Shown: piece after piece, positions 27,571 to 42,332 of the stretch | Position numbering within the stretch: position 1 is the stretch's first letter | Layout: each line of letters opens with the position of its first letter | DNA from: Chrysomallon squamiferum | Taxonomy: Eukaryota > Animalia > Mollusca | Reading direction: 5' to 3' | Length of the DNA stretch: 64,000 nucleotides | Assembly (NCBI GenBank): GCA_012295275.1 | Contig: CM022671.1 | Coordinates: 6,138,001 to 6,202,000, forward strand | Program-made: the position numbers and the translations under genes | The notes under the pieces: model-generated | What the model was told of the DNA's origin: nothing | Database searches by the model: none | What the model saw: the letters and a program-made list of their open reading frames with translations, nothing else

Positions 27571-28586
27571 TTTAAATTTGCAGAGAGAAATGAAAACACA
27601 CTGACTGACTGACGTACTGGACAAGAAAACAGCAGGTTCTAATTAAGAAACTAAAGAAGTTGACTTTGACATTATAAGCAGCGAAAGGCTGCACAAAACA
27701 CTCAAATAAAAGATCGGAATGGTTTGTCGTTCAAAATAAGATTTTTTATTATTATTATTATTATTGTTGTTGTTGTTGTTGTTGTTGTTTTAGCACACTT
27801 TGTAAATAAAAACATAACAGAAATCTTAACATCATGTGAAAATATTTTTATTAAAATAGAATATTTAATTCAATTTAATAAAAGTACTAAAAACATTGGG
27901 CTGATGTTTAATTTATATAAACATTCAGAATTGGCGTTAATGGCAATGACGTAGATTACCTTGTCATGGATTACTAAACATTGACTATCATCACTAATTA
28001 AACAGTTAAATTCTTAGTCAGAACTCGTATTTACTGCCTGGATCCTCAACTGCCATTCCATCGGTAATAAATTAAAATATATGACAGTAAAACATTTAAT
28101 TTATAATTAGGCTCACTTCCACATTTAATTAATATATAAACAAATAATAAATAAATAAAATATATTAATATAAGTGTTGTTTTAAACTAAAAGAAAAACT
28201 AAAATTACTTACACCTTCACTCTTAAATGAAATGGTATAAGCGAAAATAAGACACAAACGGAAATGCCATAGACGAGGCTAAATTTATAGACGTCTGCCT
28301 CGTTTTATGAAGAGTGAAAGATACTTTGTAATCAAATAAACTGGCCACGTGAGATCATCGTGGACTCCTAAGCTTGAAATTCAGTTGTTAATCCATGAAA
28401 ATTGAATTACGGCATCGCACGATCGTAAAATCCCGAATAAAAAACGTCATAGACACGTGATTTGTTAAGAAATTACTAAGCTATCACGAAAAGAAAAGAA
28501 AAAAGAAAAGAAAAAGAAAAAAAAAAAAAAAAAAAAAAAAAAAAGAAAATAAAAGAAAAAATGTGTCAAAGTCAAGATAAAAGTCT

Positions 28587-28651
<65 letters not shown>

Positions 28652-28759
28652 CATCATCATCATCATCATTATCATCATCATATGTTCCGTATATTAAAAG
28701 ATTAATAAATTAACAAATAAATAAATAAATAGTAGAAAATCAATGGGCTGATATATTTT

Positions 28760-28790
<31 letters not shown>

Positions 28791-28950
28791 TTATTATTAT
28801 TATCATTGTTTTTTAAGTTTGTTTCTTTGCTAATTTATTTATTTATTTATATACTTAGTTACTTATTTATTTACTTAATTACTAACTTACTTACATGTTT
28901 ACATAAATATACACACACATATTTATTTATTTATCGGTTTGTTTGTTTGA

Positions 28951-29118
28951 AGGCGGACGACATTACCATTCGGCCATCGAGACAATCTTGTATGTATGTA
29001 TGTATTATGTATGTATGTATGTATGTATGTATGTATGTATGTGTGTGTGTGTATGTATGTATGTATGCATATACGTATGTATGTAGTTTAGGATTTTGGG
29101 GCGTAAATATTTTGGGAA
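28951..29118 (-). mobile_element. SINE-B tail (29085-29118) + (ACAT)n + SINE-B head (28951-28990)
   Basis: The reverse complement reads ttcccaaaatatt..ccaaaatcctaaact-(acat)n-aagattgtctcgatggccgaatggtaatgtcgtc. Confidence 0.6.
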
Positions 29119-29871
29119 AAGTGGGGTTTTTTTGTGATCACAAAGACTTTGTTTTTAATACATGAAAGTTTATTATTGTCATCATCATCATTATCATTAT
29201 TATTAGTATTATTATTATTACTGATTTATTTTCATTATTCTTTAATCTTTTTCAGTTTATGATTATTATTATTGCTGTTGTTGATATGTTGTTGTTGTCG
29301 TTGTTGCTGGTTTAATATTTATTTTAAATTTTTTTAAATTTTTAAATTTTTTTGTTGTTTCCTACGAAATTGTTTTGTTTTGTTTGTTTTTGTTTGGGGG
29401 TTGTTTGTTTTTTTATCTCAGAAGATAATGGACTCTCAGAAGATAATGAACATTCTACAATTATAACAAGATCTGTCAAACATTTGTTTAATGACATCTC
29501 CAAAACACACTGATTTAAATTTTCTGTCATCAACAGTCGCAATTTTCAAACACCTAGTAATAAAACATTTTTTTATTAGAAAATCGTTTTTTTAAATCTC
29601 ATCTTCAAAGAGTTAAGCTTATCTAAGACAAACATTTTGTCAAACTTCTATCTCTGCTGATAATCCAGTTAATACGTGAAATGTCGTCTTACTTTGATGT
29701 CGTTCAAAACAAAGTAATCTGGATAATCTGACTTTCGAATACCTGTACAAGATAATTAATAAACATCAAAAATAAATTAGAGATTAAACGTAAAAACACT
29801 GTTTGACGTCATTGTTGTATTGATTCTGCCAATTTTTTTTAGTGTTTTTTAATGGGTTTTTTGTTGTTGTT

Positions 29872-29966
<95 letters not shown>

Positions 29967-30270
29967 TAATATATTAATATAAAAGTGAGCGACAAAGTAA
30001 GAGAGTTATTATCACAATTTAATATTCGGCACGATTTCGTTTAAGTAATCATTTTCAATTTTATGTCTGTATGTAAGTTTATTGTTTTTTCTAGCACTGT
30101 ACAATACAAATCTTTCTTTGTATAATTCCTGTTACTTATTTATTTTAACTTTTATTATTATTATTATTATTATTATTTGTTTGTTTTTATTATTATTATA
30201 ATATTTGTTTTTTTTTCTTTCATTTCTGTGTTTACTTTTAATTTTTCTTTATTTAATTATTGACTTACTT

Positions 30271-30301
<31 letters not shown>

Positions 30302-30999
30302 TGTGTTTATTTGTTTGTTTCCTTGTTTGTTTATTTGTTTCTTTGTTTACTTGATTCTTTGTGCATTTACATGTTCATAGAAATAAATAATTAATTAAAA
30401 AATTAATTTAAAATCCATTGTAAATGTCAACATGTTTACAAGAAAGATTCACACAGACATTTTCATACATAGAAATGTATATGAGAGAGAGAGAGAGAGA
30501 AAAAAAAAAAAAAAAAAAAACAACAAAAAACCCCATAAATTAACCATAAATTAAGATTACGACAACTATATCACTTATTTATTTATTTATTTATAAATGA
30601 TTCATACGGACGTTTTTTATATTTAGTGTTTTGTAATGGACATGAGAGGTACATAAACAACACCCTAGTAGTAAGTGATATTACGATTCAATTGTTCTAG
30701 GTTATCTATAATTTATTGTCGTTATGTCAATTGAAATCTACTTTAGTTTAGGATTATAAACGATTAAATTAACAGTTTTGTCCTCTGTCGAATATTTACG
30801 ATCAAGGCAAACAGTGACAACATACATTTCTTCCTGTTTTAAATTTTACTTGGTTAGTAAATTATTGCAGTTTCACTCAGTATTGAGTGTACAGTTTTCA
30901 GTTTTAAACCATGTGTAAAAATACTTCTAATTATGCTAAATGAATATGCTACATCTATAATATCCATCTATCTCTCTATCCATTTAAAAGGTAACTGAA

Positions 31000-32190
31000 A
31001 TAATACATATTTATAGTGTAACAGGTGTAATAGATATTTATAATGTAACAGATGTAATACGTATTTATAGTGTAACAGATGTAATATGTATTTATAGTGT
31101 AACAAATGTAATACGTATTTATAATGTAAATGACGTAATACGTATTTACAGTGTAACAGACGTAAAACATATTTATAATGTAACAGACGTAATATGTATT
31201 TATAATGTAACAGACGTATACGTATTAATAATGTAACAGGTGTAATACATATTAATAATATATATTTATTGTGTAATTTATGTACAATATTTACTTATAA
31301 TACAGCTACTATATTACATACTTATGAACTAATCAATTATAATGTACTTATTGTAAACGCATTTATGTCGTAATTGATTTTATTACGTATTTGTAATGTG
31401 GATGATTTTATTACTTTTTTGTAATATAGTTGATGTAATGCTTATTCATAATGCAGCTGATGTAATATCAGTTTATTATGTAACTGGTAAAACACATCTT
31501 CAATAAAACTCTTGTAATATTTAGATATAACGTATAATAACTATTTTTGATGTTGCTGATTTAATATACATTTGGTTCAGTATGCATTTACGATTTAATC
31601 AGTATAATACGTATGTTTAATGTAGTCAGCGTAATACGTATTTATAATGTAGTCAGTATAAAAAATATTTATAACGTAATCAGAGTAATACGCACTTTTA
31701 ATGTAATCAGCGTAATACGTATTTTTAATGTAGTCAGTATAAACAACATTGATAATGTAATTAGAGTAATACGTATTTGTAATGTAGACAGTGTAATACG
31801 TATTTATAATGTAATATTGTAATACGTATTTGTAATGTAGTCAGTGTAATACGTATTTGTAATGTAGTCAGTGTAATACGTATTTATAATGTAATAGTGT
31901 AATACATAGTCATAATGTAGTCAGCGTTACACGTATTTATAATGTAGTCAGTGTAATACGTATTTACAATGTAGTTAATGTAATAATTGAAAGATAATCA
32001 ATGTAACACGTATTTATAATGTTGTCAGTGTAATACGTATTTATACTGCAACCAGTGTTATACGTATTCATAATGTAGTCAGTATAATTCGTATTTATAA
32101 TGTAGTCAGTGTAATACGTACTAAAGTTATAATGTCGCTAGTATAATCTGTATTTATGAGAGTGTATAATATTTTGTTTTAATACAGATA
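31000..32190. repeat. 27-bp minisatellite in two variant blocks (~31000-31260 and ~31600-32190) with a decayed middle
   Basis: Units gtaatacgtatttata(a/g)tgtaacaga(c/t) and gtaatacgtatttataatgtagtcagt. Confidence 0.88.
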
Positions 32191-32776
32191 TAATATGTAT
32201 TTATAATAGAGGTCATATTGTCTAAACTATGTTAGTTTAAATGTATTTTTAATATAGCAGATGCCGTACGTTTCAATAATGTATCGGACGTTTCTCGAAT
32301 GTTCTGCAGAAACTCGGGGAGCGATCGACATGACACAAATATCGCCACACCGTGTGATTCATTAATCAATTCAGTACGTAGCGAGGCTCTGAACGAGTGA
32401 GTCATTCACAAACGTTAAACATCAGCCGAGCACCACCGATTTCTTTCGCTGTTGCATTTAATTTTGTTATTTATTTATTTATTTATTTTGTTTGTTTGTT
32501 AGTTTGTTTAGTTATGTATGTGTTTATTTGTTTGTTTGTTTGTCTATTTGGGTGTTTGTTTGCTTAGTTGCTTGTTTGCTTTTATTGTTTTGTTTTGGGG
32601 TTTTTTTTTTCTTCTGTTTTTCACGTATTAGTGGGCGTGATTGATTTAAACAGTATTTAGCATATAATGAATATTTCGTTATGGTATTGTAAACTGTCCT
32701 GTTAGAATTGATCCAGAACTAATAAAATTGTTTGTTTTGTTATCTATCTATCTATCAATATCTGTCTATAAATCTG

Positions 32777-32864
<88 letters not shown>

Positions 32865-34964
32865 CCCGTCTATCTATTATTTATTTATATATTTATTTAA
32901 TCATTCATTCATTTTATGTTGTGTTATTTTATTTTATGTTATTTTATTTTTTACAGTTTTATTTTATTTTGTTTTTATGTTGCTGTTATTGATGATGTTG
33001 TAGTGTTTTGTGATATTATTTGTGTGTGTGTGTTTTTAAGTGAAACATTTGGTGCCTAAACTAACATGTGTAAATCATACCGGAAAAAACACTAAAGATT
33101 TCGCTAATATAAATAAATAAATAACAACATTACCTTATAACTTTTTAAATGTACTAAAATTTTAACTCTTATCTTGGTTTCAAAGCAGATTTTTGCATTG
33201 AATTTTACCAGCTAATATATGTTTACGTATTATTCATTTCATTAAGTGTTTATCCCCTTCCCTAAACATTAGATTTAGTTTTTAATATAATATAATTTAT
33301 TACATACATGGATATTAAATGAAACTTTAGTTAAGATGGTGTTATTTTTTTATATAATTAACACAAATAATGAAAAGAGTAACCTTTTAAACTGGCTAAC
33401 TATTTATGAAAAATAATATATTTATTGCACAAAAATCTAGAACAAAAAACGTTAAAAATCGTCAAAAATTTTGAAACAAATTTTGAAACAGAAAAATATA
33501 TATTTTACAAACATTGTAATTATGAAAAATTCAAGAAATCAATGGATACTAACTAAATTTCAATCCTTTTTCTTAAATTAACTATAACATATTATGATGT
33601 CAAAAAAAGAAAGGAATCAATTTTTAAAGAGTTGAAAGGAAGAAAATACAAAAGACATGATTTAAAATAAATATGTTCTTTCTGAAAATCCAGCTGTCTT
33701 TTACTGAATCTCATGTTTTTTTTTCTTTCGTTATTTTCTCTTTATTTTTCTGATTCTGATCATTATCTGTCTTCCTTGTTTTATTATTATTATTATTATT
33801 ATTATCATCATTATTATTATTATCAACATTATATTCCTGTTGTTGTTCATGTTGTAATATTCATTTTATATTTATACGTATGTTTAAATAAGTATTTGTT
33901 TGTGGGTCTGTATATATTTGTATGTTTATGGATGTATGTATATTCATAAAAACTACTTATAGCTGTTTCTTTGTTGGCTTGTTTATTGTTGTTGTTGTTT
34001 TGTGTGTTTGTTGTTGTTTTTTTATTATTATTTTGTTTTCTTCCTTTCTTACTTTCTTTTTTTTTTTTTCTTTTTTTTTCCCCCCCAGGGACATAAAAAT
34101 GTTACTAATAATTAGAATCAAAAATTAAAAATATGAATGCTCATTAACAGTTGAAAGATATGATTTTGAAATTCATTTCTAAAACAAACACTAAGGCGAA
34201 ATGTCGGGTATAAGAATACTGAAAAACGATAATTTATGTTGATTAAATCAAACAGTAAATTTAAAATTTCATTAATAACGCTTCAAAAACGCTTCTATTA
34301 ATAGCGTTCCTGGTATTCCTGGTAAGATTACGCCAAACACTTCACAAAGTGTTAAGACAAAGAAAATTCAAAAATTTCTCTCTATTTCGTGTTGACTGTT
34401 ATTATTAATGTAACCATGAAAATACGTTGTTGTGTTGTCGTTGCTGCCAATGCTGTTTTCGTTGTTGTTTCCCTTGTTATTTATTTAGAATTTTTCTTAT
34501 TTACAGAGTTTCTCCATTTTGACGCCACTGCAGTCAATCAAACTGTAATGAACAAAAAGTCTTCTTTCCGTTTTCTCTTCATCATCATTAATCATCAGTC
34601 TCTTCTACTTCTTCTTCAATATTTGTCTGTGTATGTGTTCGTGTGTGTGTGTGGGCGTGTGTGTGTGCTTGTGAGTGTGTAAAATTAAATTGTATTTAAT
34701 TAATTTTTGTTGAAATAATAAGAAGTATTATAACGAGAAATAAAGTGTTCTGTCATATGACGTTCATTTGACTTTGGAATCTTTTCATATCCTACCATGT
34801 GTGTTTGGGTGCTGGAACAGTATGAATAATCTAAACACATTTTGTGAAACCTTCCATGAATCTATCTTTTTTTTTTTCTTCTTTTCCTTTGTTGTTAGTA
34901 AAGGTGGTTTCAACTTCAAAATTTTCTTTTAAAATAAAAATCTTGCAAAATAATCATTAAAAAA

Positions 34965-35592
34965 ACCAACACACAAACACAATCTACATAATAAAAAATT
35001 AAACATAAAAAACACCCACTTACAAACACATAATCTACATAAAAATCAACACACAAACACATGGTCTACATAAAAACCCAACACACAAACATATAATCAA
35101 CATAAAAATCAACACACAAACACATGGTCTACATAAAAACCCAACACACAAACATATAATCAACATAAAAATCAACACACAAACACATGGTCTACATAAA
35201 AACCCAACACACAAACATATAATCAACATAAAAATTAACACACAAACACATGATCTACACAAATACCAACACACAAACACATTAAATATTATAAAAAAAA
35301 CAACACATAATCTACATAAAAAACAACAACACACAAACACATGATCTACATAAAAAAACACACACAAACACATGATCTACATAAAAACCACAACACAAAC
35401 ACATTAAATATTTTAAAAAAAAAACCCACATAATCTACAGAAGAAAAAAAAAACACACAAATACATGATCTACATAAAAAAAACAGAAATACATGATCTA
35501 CATAAAAAAACACAACACACAAACACTTGATCTACATTAAAAAAAACACAAACACATGATCTACATAAAAAAAAAAAACACACAAACACATT
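34965..35592. repeat. ~31-bp minisatellite with a 63-bp dimeric higher-order block (x3, ~35041-35230)
   Basis: Unit aacacacaaacacatg(a/g)tctacataaaaa; alternating ..catggtctacat / ..catataatcaacat. Confidence 0.88.
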
Positions 35593-35796
35593 CTGACATC
35601 CTTGGACGTTTTAATATGACACAAAACAGTCTGAAAGTCAAATTTCAACACACTGCAAAGGACTGAGTGTATTTGTTATATTTTATTTATTTATTTAATT
35701 TCACGTTGTTGTTTTTTTAACAAAGGAAATAACAATGTACGTGTTCAAAAATAGACTGGTACCTCTCACTAGACTCGTTTCCATTATAAGGAAAAA

Positions 35797-35836
<40 letters not shown>

Positions 35837-37364
35837 CACGATAGTGTTACTGTCCGTATGAACGTTTTTATAAAATAAAAACGTTTTAAAATTTATAAAA
35901 ATGTTGATTTGACAAATGACACTAGGTTCGTACAGTTTTATATGACATTTTTATATCTGCAGTAAAACAACTATTATAATGCGGTAGATGTGGACAGGAA
36001 AAAAACACGAAAAAAAAATAAACGATAACCTTTCAGTATTCTAAAAACATTGATAGTTGATAAATTATTCATCATTAAATTATTTAAGCATTGAAGAGAA
36101 GTAAAACTAAACCAGTATTTGGTAACTAATAATATTATTTTATTTCTATACTTTGTTATGAACGATCACAGGTGACAATATATTAAATTGGAAATATTAT
36201 TAAACTATTTATTTGTAACTGTTTATAAGTACTGTTTAACATCAGCGTTATTTAGTAACTTAGAGACCAAGAATATTTTTATTTTATTTTATTTTATTTT
36301 ATTTTATTTTATTTTATTTTATTTATTTTTATTTATATTATTTATTTATTTATTTATTTATTTTTCATGTTTTTTATTATTATTTATTTATATATTTTTA
36401 TTTATTTAGGTATTTATTCATGTATTTATTCACACACACACACACATATATTTATTTAATTTTCCGAGAACACACACGTTATTACATATAAAGGTATTTA
36501 CGTGCAGAGAAACGTGCGTGTATTTTGTGCGTACATGTATGTAATAAATAAAACATTCGCTCATTTTTTACATAAGTCAATGTCGAATAAAGCTCGTATG
36601 TTCGTAAGCTTACACATTCAGTGTTTCATTTTTAATATTTTCAGGTATGAAAAGAAGCGGCTGTTCAGATTTTTCTTTTCGTTGTCTTCGTCTTGGGGAG
36701 GTCTCATTGCGCTTTGCAGTTACAATAAGTTTCACAATGACGCACTTAGGTAAAATGAATGTTTTTTTTTTTAAAATAACACTTTTTTTACTTCTAAAAG
36801 GTTTTTTATTATTATTTTTTTTTTTCATTTTTTCATTTATTTTATTTTATTTTATTTATTTATTTATTTTATTATTATTAGTTTTATTTATTTATTTATT
36901 GTTTATTTGTTTTAGTTATTCATTATTTATTGTTTTATTTATTTATTGTTTATTATTTATTTGTTTTATTTATTTATTTATTTATTATTTATTTATTTAT
37001 TTATTGTTTATTTATTTATTTTTCATTTATTTATTTATTTATTTTATTTATTTATTTTATAACCCAAGTGTTAGTCAATAACGGAGTACTTTTTCGTCAC
37101 CAAACACAACGCTCTGTGAACAAAGGAAAGTAATAAATAAATCTTTCTAACATGTTTTACGGCCTGTGTAAAACAGAGGCAAACTAAAGTTCAACCTCAG
37201 AAATTACTTTCGTTTAGAAACTACTACCGGAAGTTAGGTAACACGAGGCGCATGCCTGTATTTTCAGAAGAGAATGGCAAAGCAGACGACAAGCTGTATG
37301 ATCGCCATTTTGGAATAAATATATTTTATTTCAGTTTTGTGTATGTCTTTCCGTGTGTGTGCGT

Positions 37365-37453
<89 letters not shown>

Positions 37454-38011
37454 CGGTATAAGACTCACAGTATTATTTAAGATACAAAAAGCAAAAAACT
37501 AGCTTGTCTAAGGTAAGCTAGGGCTGTTTCTCGTAGTTTTTGCGAAATCAACAATGAATAATATGAAAAGAAAAAGTGCAAATTGTCTTCACTAACTAAC
37601 TTTATTTAAAAAAAAAAAAAAAAAATTGATTTAAAAAACTAGGAAAACAAAACGAACAAATTCAACAAAAACATTCGGTTCGAAAACGATTAAACACACA
37701 TAAAAAAATAAAAAATAAAAAAATTATAAAACTTATTATTTATGTCAGAAGGTGCAAGAATTAGAAACATTATTATTTACTGTATAAAGGTGTCTGTTCG
37801 GTGGTTGGATTCAACCGGTTCGTACTGGTTTTTACGAAGATATTCTCTCAATTTCATAAGCTCGGCGAACATTAACACAAACGTTAAATCTCTCTTCAAA
37901 CACATTAATTTTAAAATAATAATTAAATAACCAATATAACACCAAACATATTCACGTATATATATATACCTAGATATCTTCATACTACACGATCATTAAC
38001 CACTAACATAC

Positions 38012-38054
<43 letters not shown>

Positions 38055-38191
38055 CTATATACAGATATCTTCATGTTCTACAGGCATTAACCATATCTGT
38101 TATCTATACACAGATATCGTCATGTTGCACAGTCAATAACCATGTATATAATGTCCTCGTTGATGATTTAACATTTTTTATGCGTAGGAAT

Positions 38192-38257
38192 ATCAGAGAC
38201 ATGTAAAAGTATTCTCGTAAATAACTGTTTAATTAATCAGATCTAAACTTTAAATAT
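38192..38257 (+). repeat. ~65-bp direct repeat also found at ~41693-41758
   Basis: atcagaga.atgtaaa..tattctcgtaaataac.gtttaattaatcagatctaaact..aaatat is present at both sites. Confidence 0.65.
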
Positions 38258-38617
38258 GTATAGTTAATAATTTCACTTAACAGACTGTGATATGTGGCAG
38301 CCCAAAACATCAAACTTTGAGTTTACGCAAGATGAAGCTGACAAAGTGTTAGTTACAGAACTAACTGTTAAAATTTCTCAATCTCGCCTTTGTGTATGTC
38401 GATCTGTCTGTGTGTTTGTCTCTCTGCCCATTCAGTGGTTATTTTCTGTGATAACACTTTGTTCGTGAAAATGTTCCCGTTTTGAGATCTGTCTACATGC
38501 TATGCTGTGTTGTAAATGATACTGAAAAGAATTCTTTGATGTTAATGTCGGAATCGAAGTTTAAGTTTTTGGAGCCTAAACACGAGAAAAATAGACGTTA
38601 TTTTTGTACATTAAACT

Positions 38618-38733
<116 letters not shown>

Positions 38734-39128
38734 TTACTTTATTTTATTTTTCACATTTTAAATTTCCTTTTCTTTTTCTTTCTTTCATTCATTTCTTTTC
38801 TTCTTCTTCTTCTTCTTCGTTTTTAACTTCATTTACTTGAAGCAAAACATTCTATAAAATGATTTCTGTAGATTCTCTGCAAGAAACGAAATCATTCACC
38901 TCCGCACGATTTTATATATTTCAGTTCTAGAAGACGCCAATTTATTTATTCAGTGAACAGAAAAATGGTCATTATTAGTGTCAGAAATTGTACAATTTAA
39001 TTCTTAAAATTGTCGTATTAAAGTGCAGTGTTATGACATTAAAAGTATTTTCTTTGTGCTTTATGGGACTTACTTACGAAATTACGGATATACCGTCACC
39101 CATCATTAGCCCGATTGTACTCTGTGTC

Positions 39129-39177
<49 letters not shown>

Positions 39178-39266
39178 ATTTGTATGTATATTTATATGTA
39201 TGTATGTATATATGTATTTATGTATGTATGCATGTGTGTTTGTATATGTATGTATGTATGTATGTA

Positions 39267-39308
<42 letters not shown>

Positions 39309-39450
39309 CACACACATAGACAAGAGCGCGCGTGCATGTGTGTGAGTTGATATTAAAAGTGTAAGTGTATAAATAAATAAAGAAGTAAATAAGTATATAA
39401 AGAAAGAAAGAAAATAAATATAGAAAGAAAGAAGTAAAAAAAAAGGTATA

Positions 39451-39481
<31 letters not shown>

Positions 39482-39641
39482 AGTAAGTAATTTAGTAAAT
39501 TATTATTCATGGTGGACGAAACAGTTAACAGTTGTTGAAACACGTGCTTCTACATCACAGACATGCACGTGCACGTGTTCTTTTATTTACTCATTTACTT
39601 TTTTACTTATCGTTTTACTTCATTTTATTTTATTTCACTTT

Positions 39642-39681
<40 letters not shown>

Positions 39682-39998
39682 ACAATATTCATCTGAACAA
39701 AATACATTTTTCTTCACCGTTAAATAAATTCAGGGGACATAACCCCTTCATCCCTAATAGCGTTCGCTTGGTCCGAACGTATACAGGCGGTTAGCAAACG
39801 AAGATGACTCAGCTAAATGTTTGTGTTTGCAAGGCTTGCGAGTTGCGTGATTGTAAAGTTGTTCGTTTGACTGTTCGGGTCACTGCAACCTGATATTGTT
39901 ATACGTTATGCGATCAAACCAAACAACTGTTCAAAAGTATGAATAACCCTGAAGTTTTAAAGTGTTTCAGTTATTGTTGTTGTTGTTGTTGTTAATAT

Positions 39999-40048
<50 letters not shown>

Positions 40049-40165
40049 ATGTTGATCATTTATTCTTTTATTTATTTATTTAAATATATTAACATCATTA
40101 TCATTACTTCTATATTGTGATTGATTTTCTTGTTTTTGAAGCATAATATTTTCTTGTTGTTGTTG

Positions 40166-40257
<92 letters not shown>

Positions 40258-40650
40258 TATTATTATTATTATTTTTATTATTGTTTATTATTTTATTTTA
40301 TTTTTTTCTATTACTGTTCTCTCTTATTTTATTTTATTTTTCGTGGGTGTGTTCTCTTGTTAATATTGCTTTCTTTTTTCTTTCTTTTTTCCTCGTTTTA
40401 TTTATTTATTTATTTGTTTATCTATCTATCCATTTGTTTGTTTGCTTGTTTGTTTGTTTGTTCGCTTGTTTGTTTGTTTTTTTATTTGTTTGTTGTTTGT
40501 TCATTTATAACTTACTTAAGTAGCTTTTTATTTATTTACTTGTATTTAATTGATTATTTATTTTCTGGTGTTGCTGTTAATTTCTTTTTCTCCATAAATT
40601 CGCCAATTCTTATCAGTATTTCTTTATATTTAAGCGATTACTCTTTTCTT

Positions 40651-40770
<120 letters not shown>

Positions 40771-41777
40771 TTATAAATATTTCATTGACACGATCCACAC
40801 CTAAGTTATAGATGAAATATTTGTAACACAGATACTGGTCTTACCTGTTCTGGTTATAAATAAAAACTACCTCATGCAAAGCGGGCCTGACGCGTCGTAC
40901 TTCCCAGTTTGTATCACTTCTATATTTATCTAGAACAGCATCAAAGATGTCATGCAGAAACTATCTGAGAGAGACCGGGATGGGATTTAGGTATATACAA
41001 AAAAATACACGGACAGATAGAGAGAAAGAGATAGGCAAGAAGAGGGTGAAAGGAGAGGAAAAAGAAGAACAACAACAACAATCAAACAACTGAGAAATGG
41101 GAAAATCTTTAAATGGTATTTTAAATGATAAAGGAATAAAAAGGGAGAGATAGATAAAAAAAAAAAAAAAAATGATATCTTCCAAGGAACAGAAAATTTA
41201 CAAACAAATCTTGAGCCATTAGCCAGAACGGGAAATAGCGGACTGTGCAAACGAAAGATGACTAAATCCTGCTTTTGTTAAATCAATTCTTTGTTTTATT
41301 GTTCTACAAACAAACAAATAAATAAACAAAGAAACAAAAAAACAAATACATAAACAAAGAAACAATTAAAGAAACAAACTAACAAACTAACAAACAAATA
41401 AATAAATAAATAAAATACTATAAATGAGCGGAACATTTTTCTCGTTCCGACAAACGCTCTGCTACAGATACATAGCGACTTATGTATGTCCATCAGTCTC
41501 TGTAGGAAGCTTCTTACAAACATCTACTGTTAGCATTTAAAACAAATCTGCAGTGACAGTGTTTTCTTTTTATTTACACACACAAGTAATGTTTCACTGA
41601 TTAACAGTTCTGTTATTTAGAACCAGTGAAGTAGATATGCCAGTCAGTAAGTTAGTAAGTTTTATATCATAAACCACCGTCTCCTCAAAGAGATCAGAGA
41701 TATGTAAATGTATTCTCGTAAATAACAGTTTAATTAATCAGATCTAAACTCCAAATATAAACTCACACAAAAACATC

Positions 41778-41808
<31 letters not shown>

Positions 41809-41830
41809 CTTTAGAGACATAGATACAAAA

Positions 41831-41963
<133 letters not shown>

Positions 41964-42332
41964 CATATGTATGTATATTCAGATCAAAGAATAGAAAAAA
42001 GTATTTTCACACAATGAAATAAACACACTGAATGTTCACATCACAGAAACAAACTGATTGTGTACTGTATGACATTTATGTTTGACTGCAGCACTGTTTA
42101 TGAGCAATGATGTTACACCGGTATTTACCATTCTTGTTACTGAAGTCTGTGTTTTATAAACAGCACATTCTCAGCAGACGGGACAGTGTGAAAGAAAACG
42201 AGCACATTTAGAAATTGTTAGAATAAAAGTTTAAATTTCAGTTAGCTACAACCTGCTGCTACTCTTATTGATCTTGTTGGTTCTTAAGCTGCTGCTCGCA
42301 AAGAAGATGCTGACGAGGACATTTCCCAGTTA

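Noticed and set aside
28268-28309. Small hairpin catagacgaggc...gcctcgttttatg as a Helitron 3' end
   Set aside because: No CTRR terminus at the expected distance and no second copy in the window.
31000-35592. CRISPR-like arrays
   Set aside because: Tandem units without unique spacers, no cas genes, eukaryotic context.
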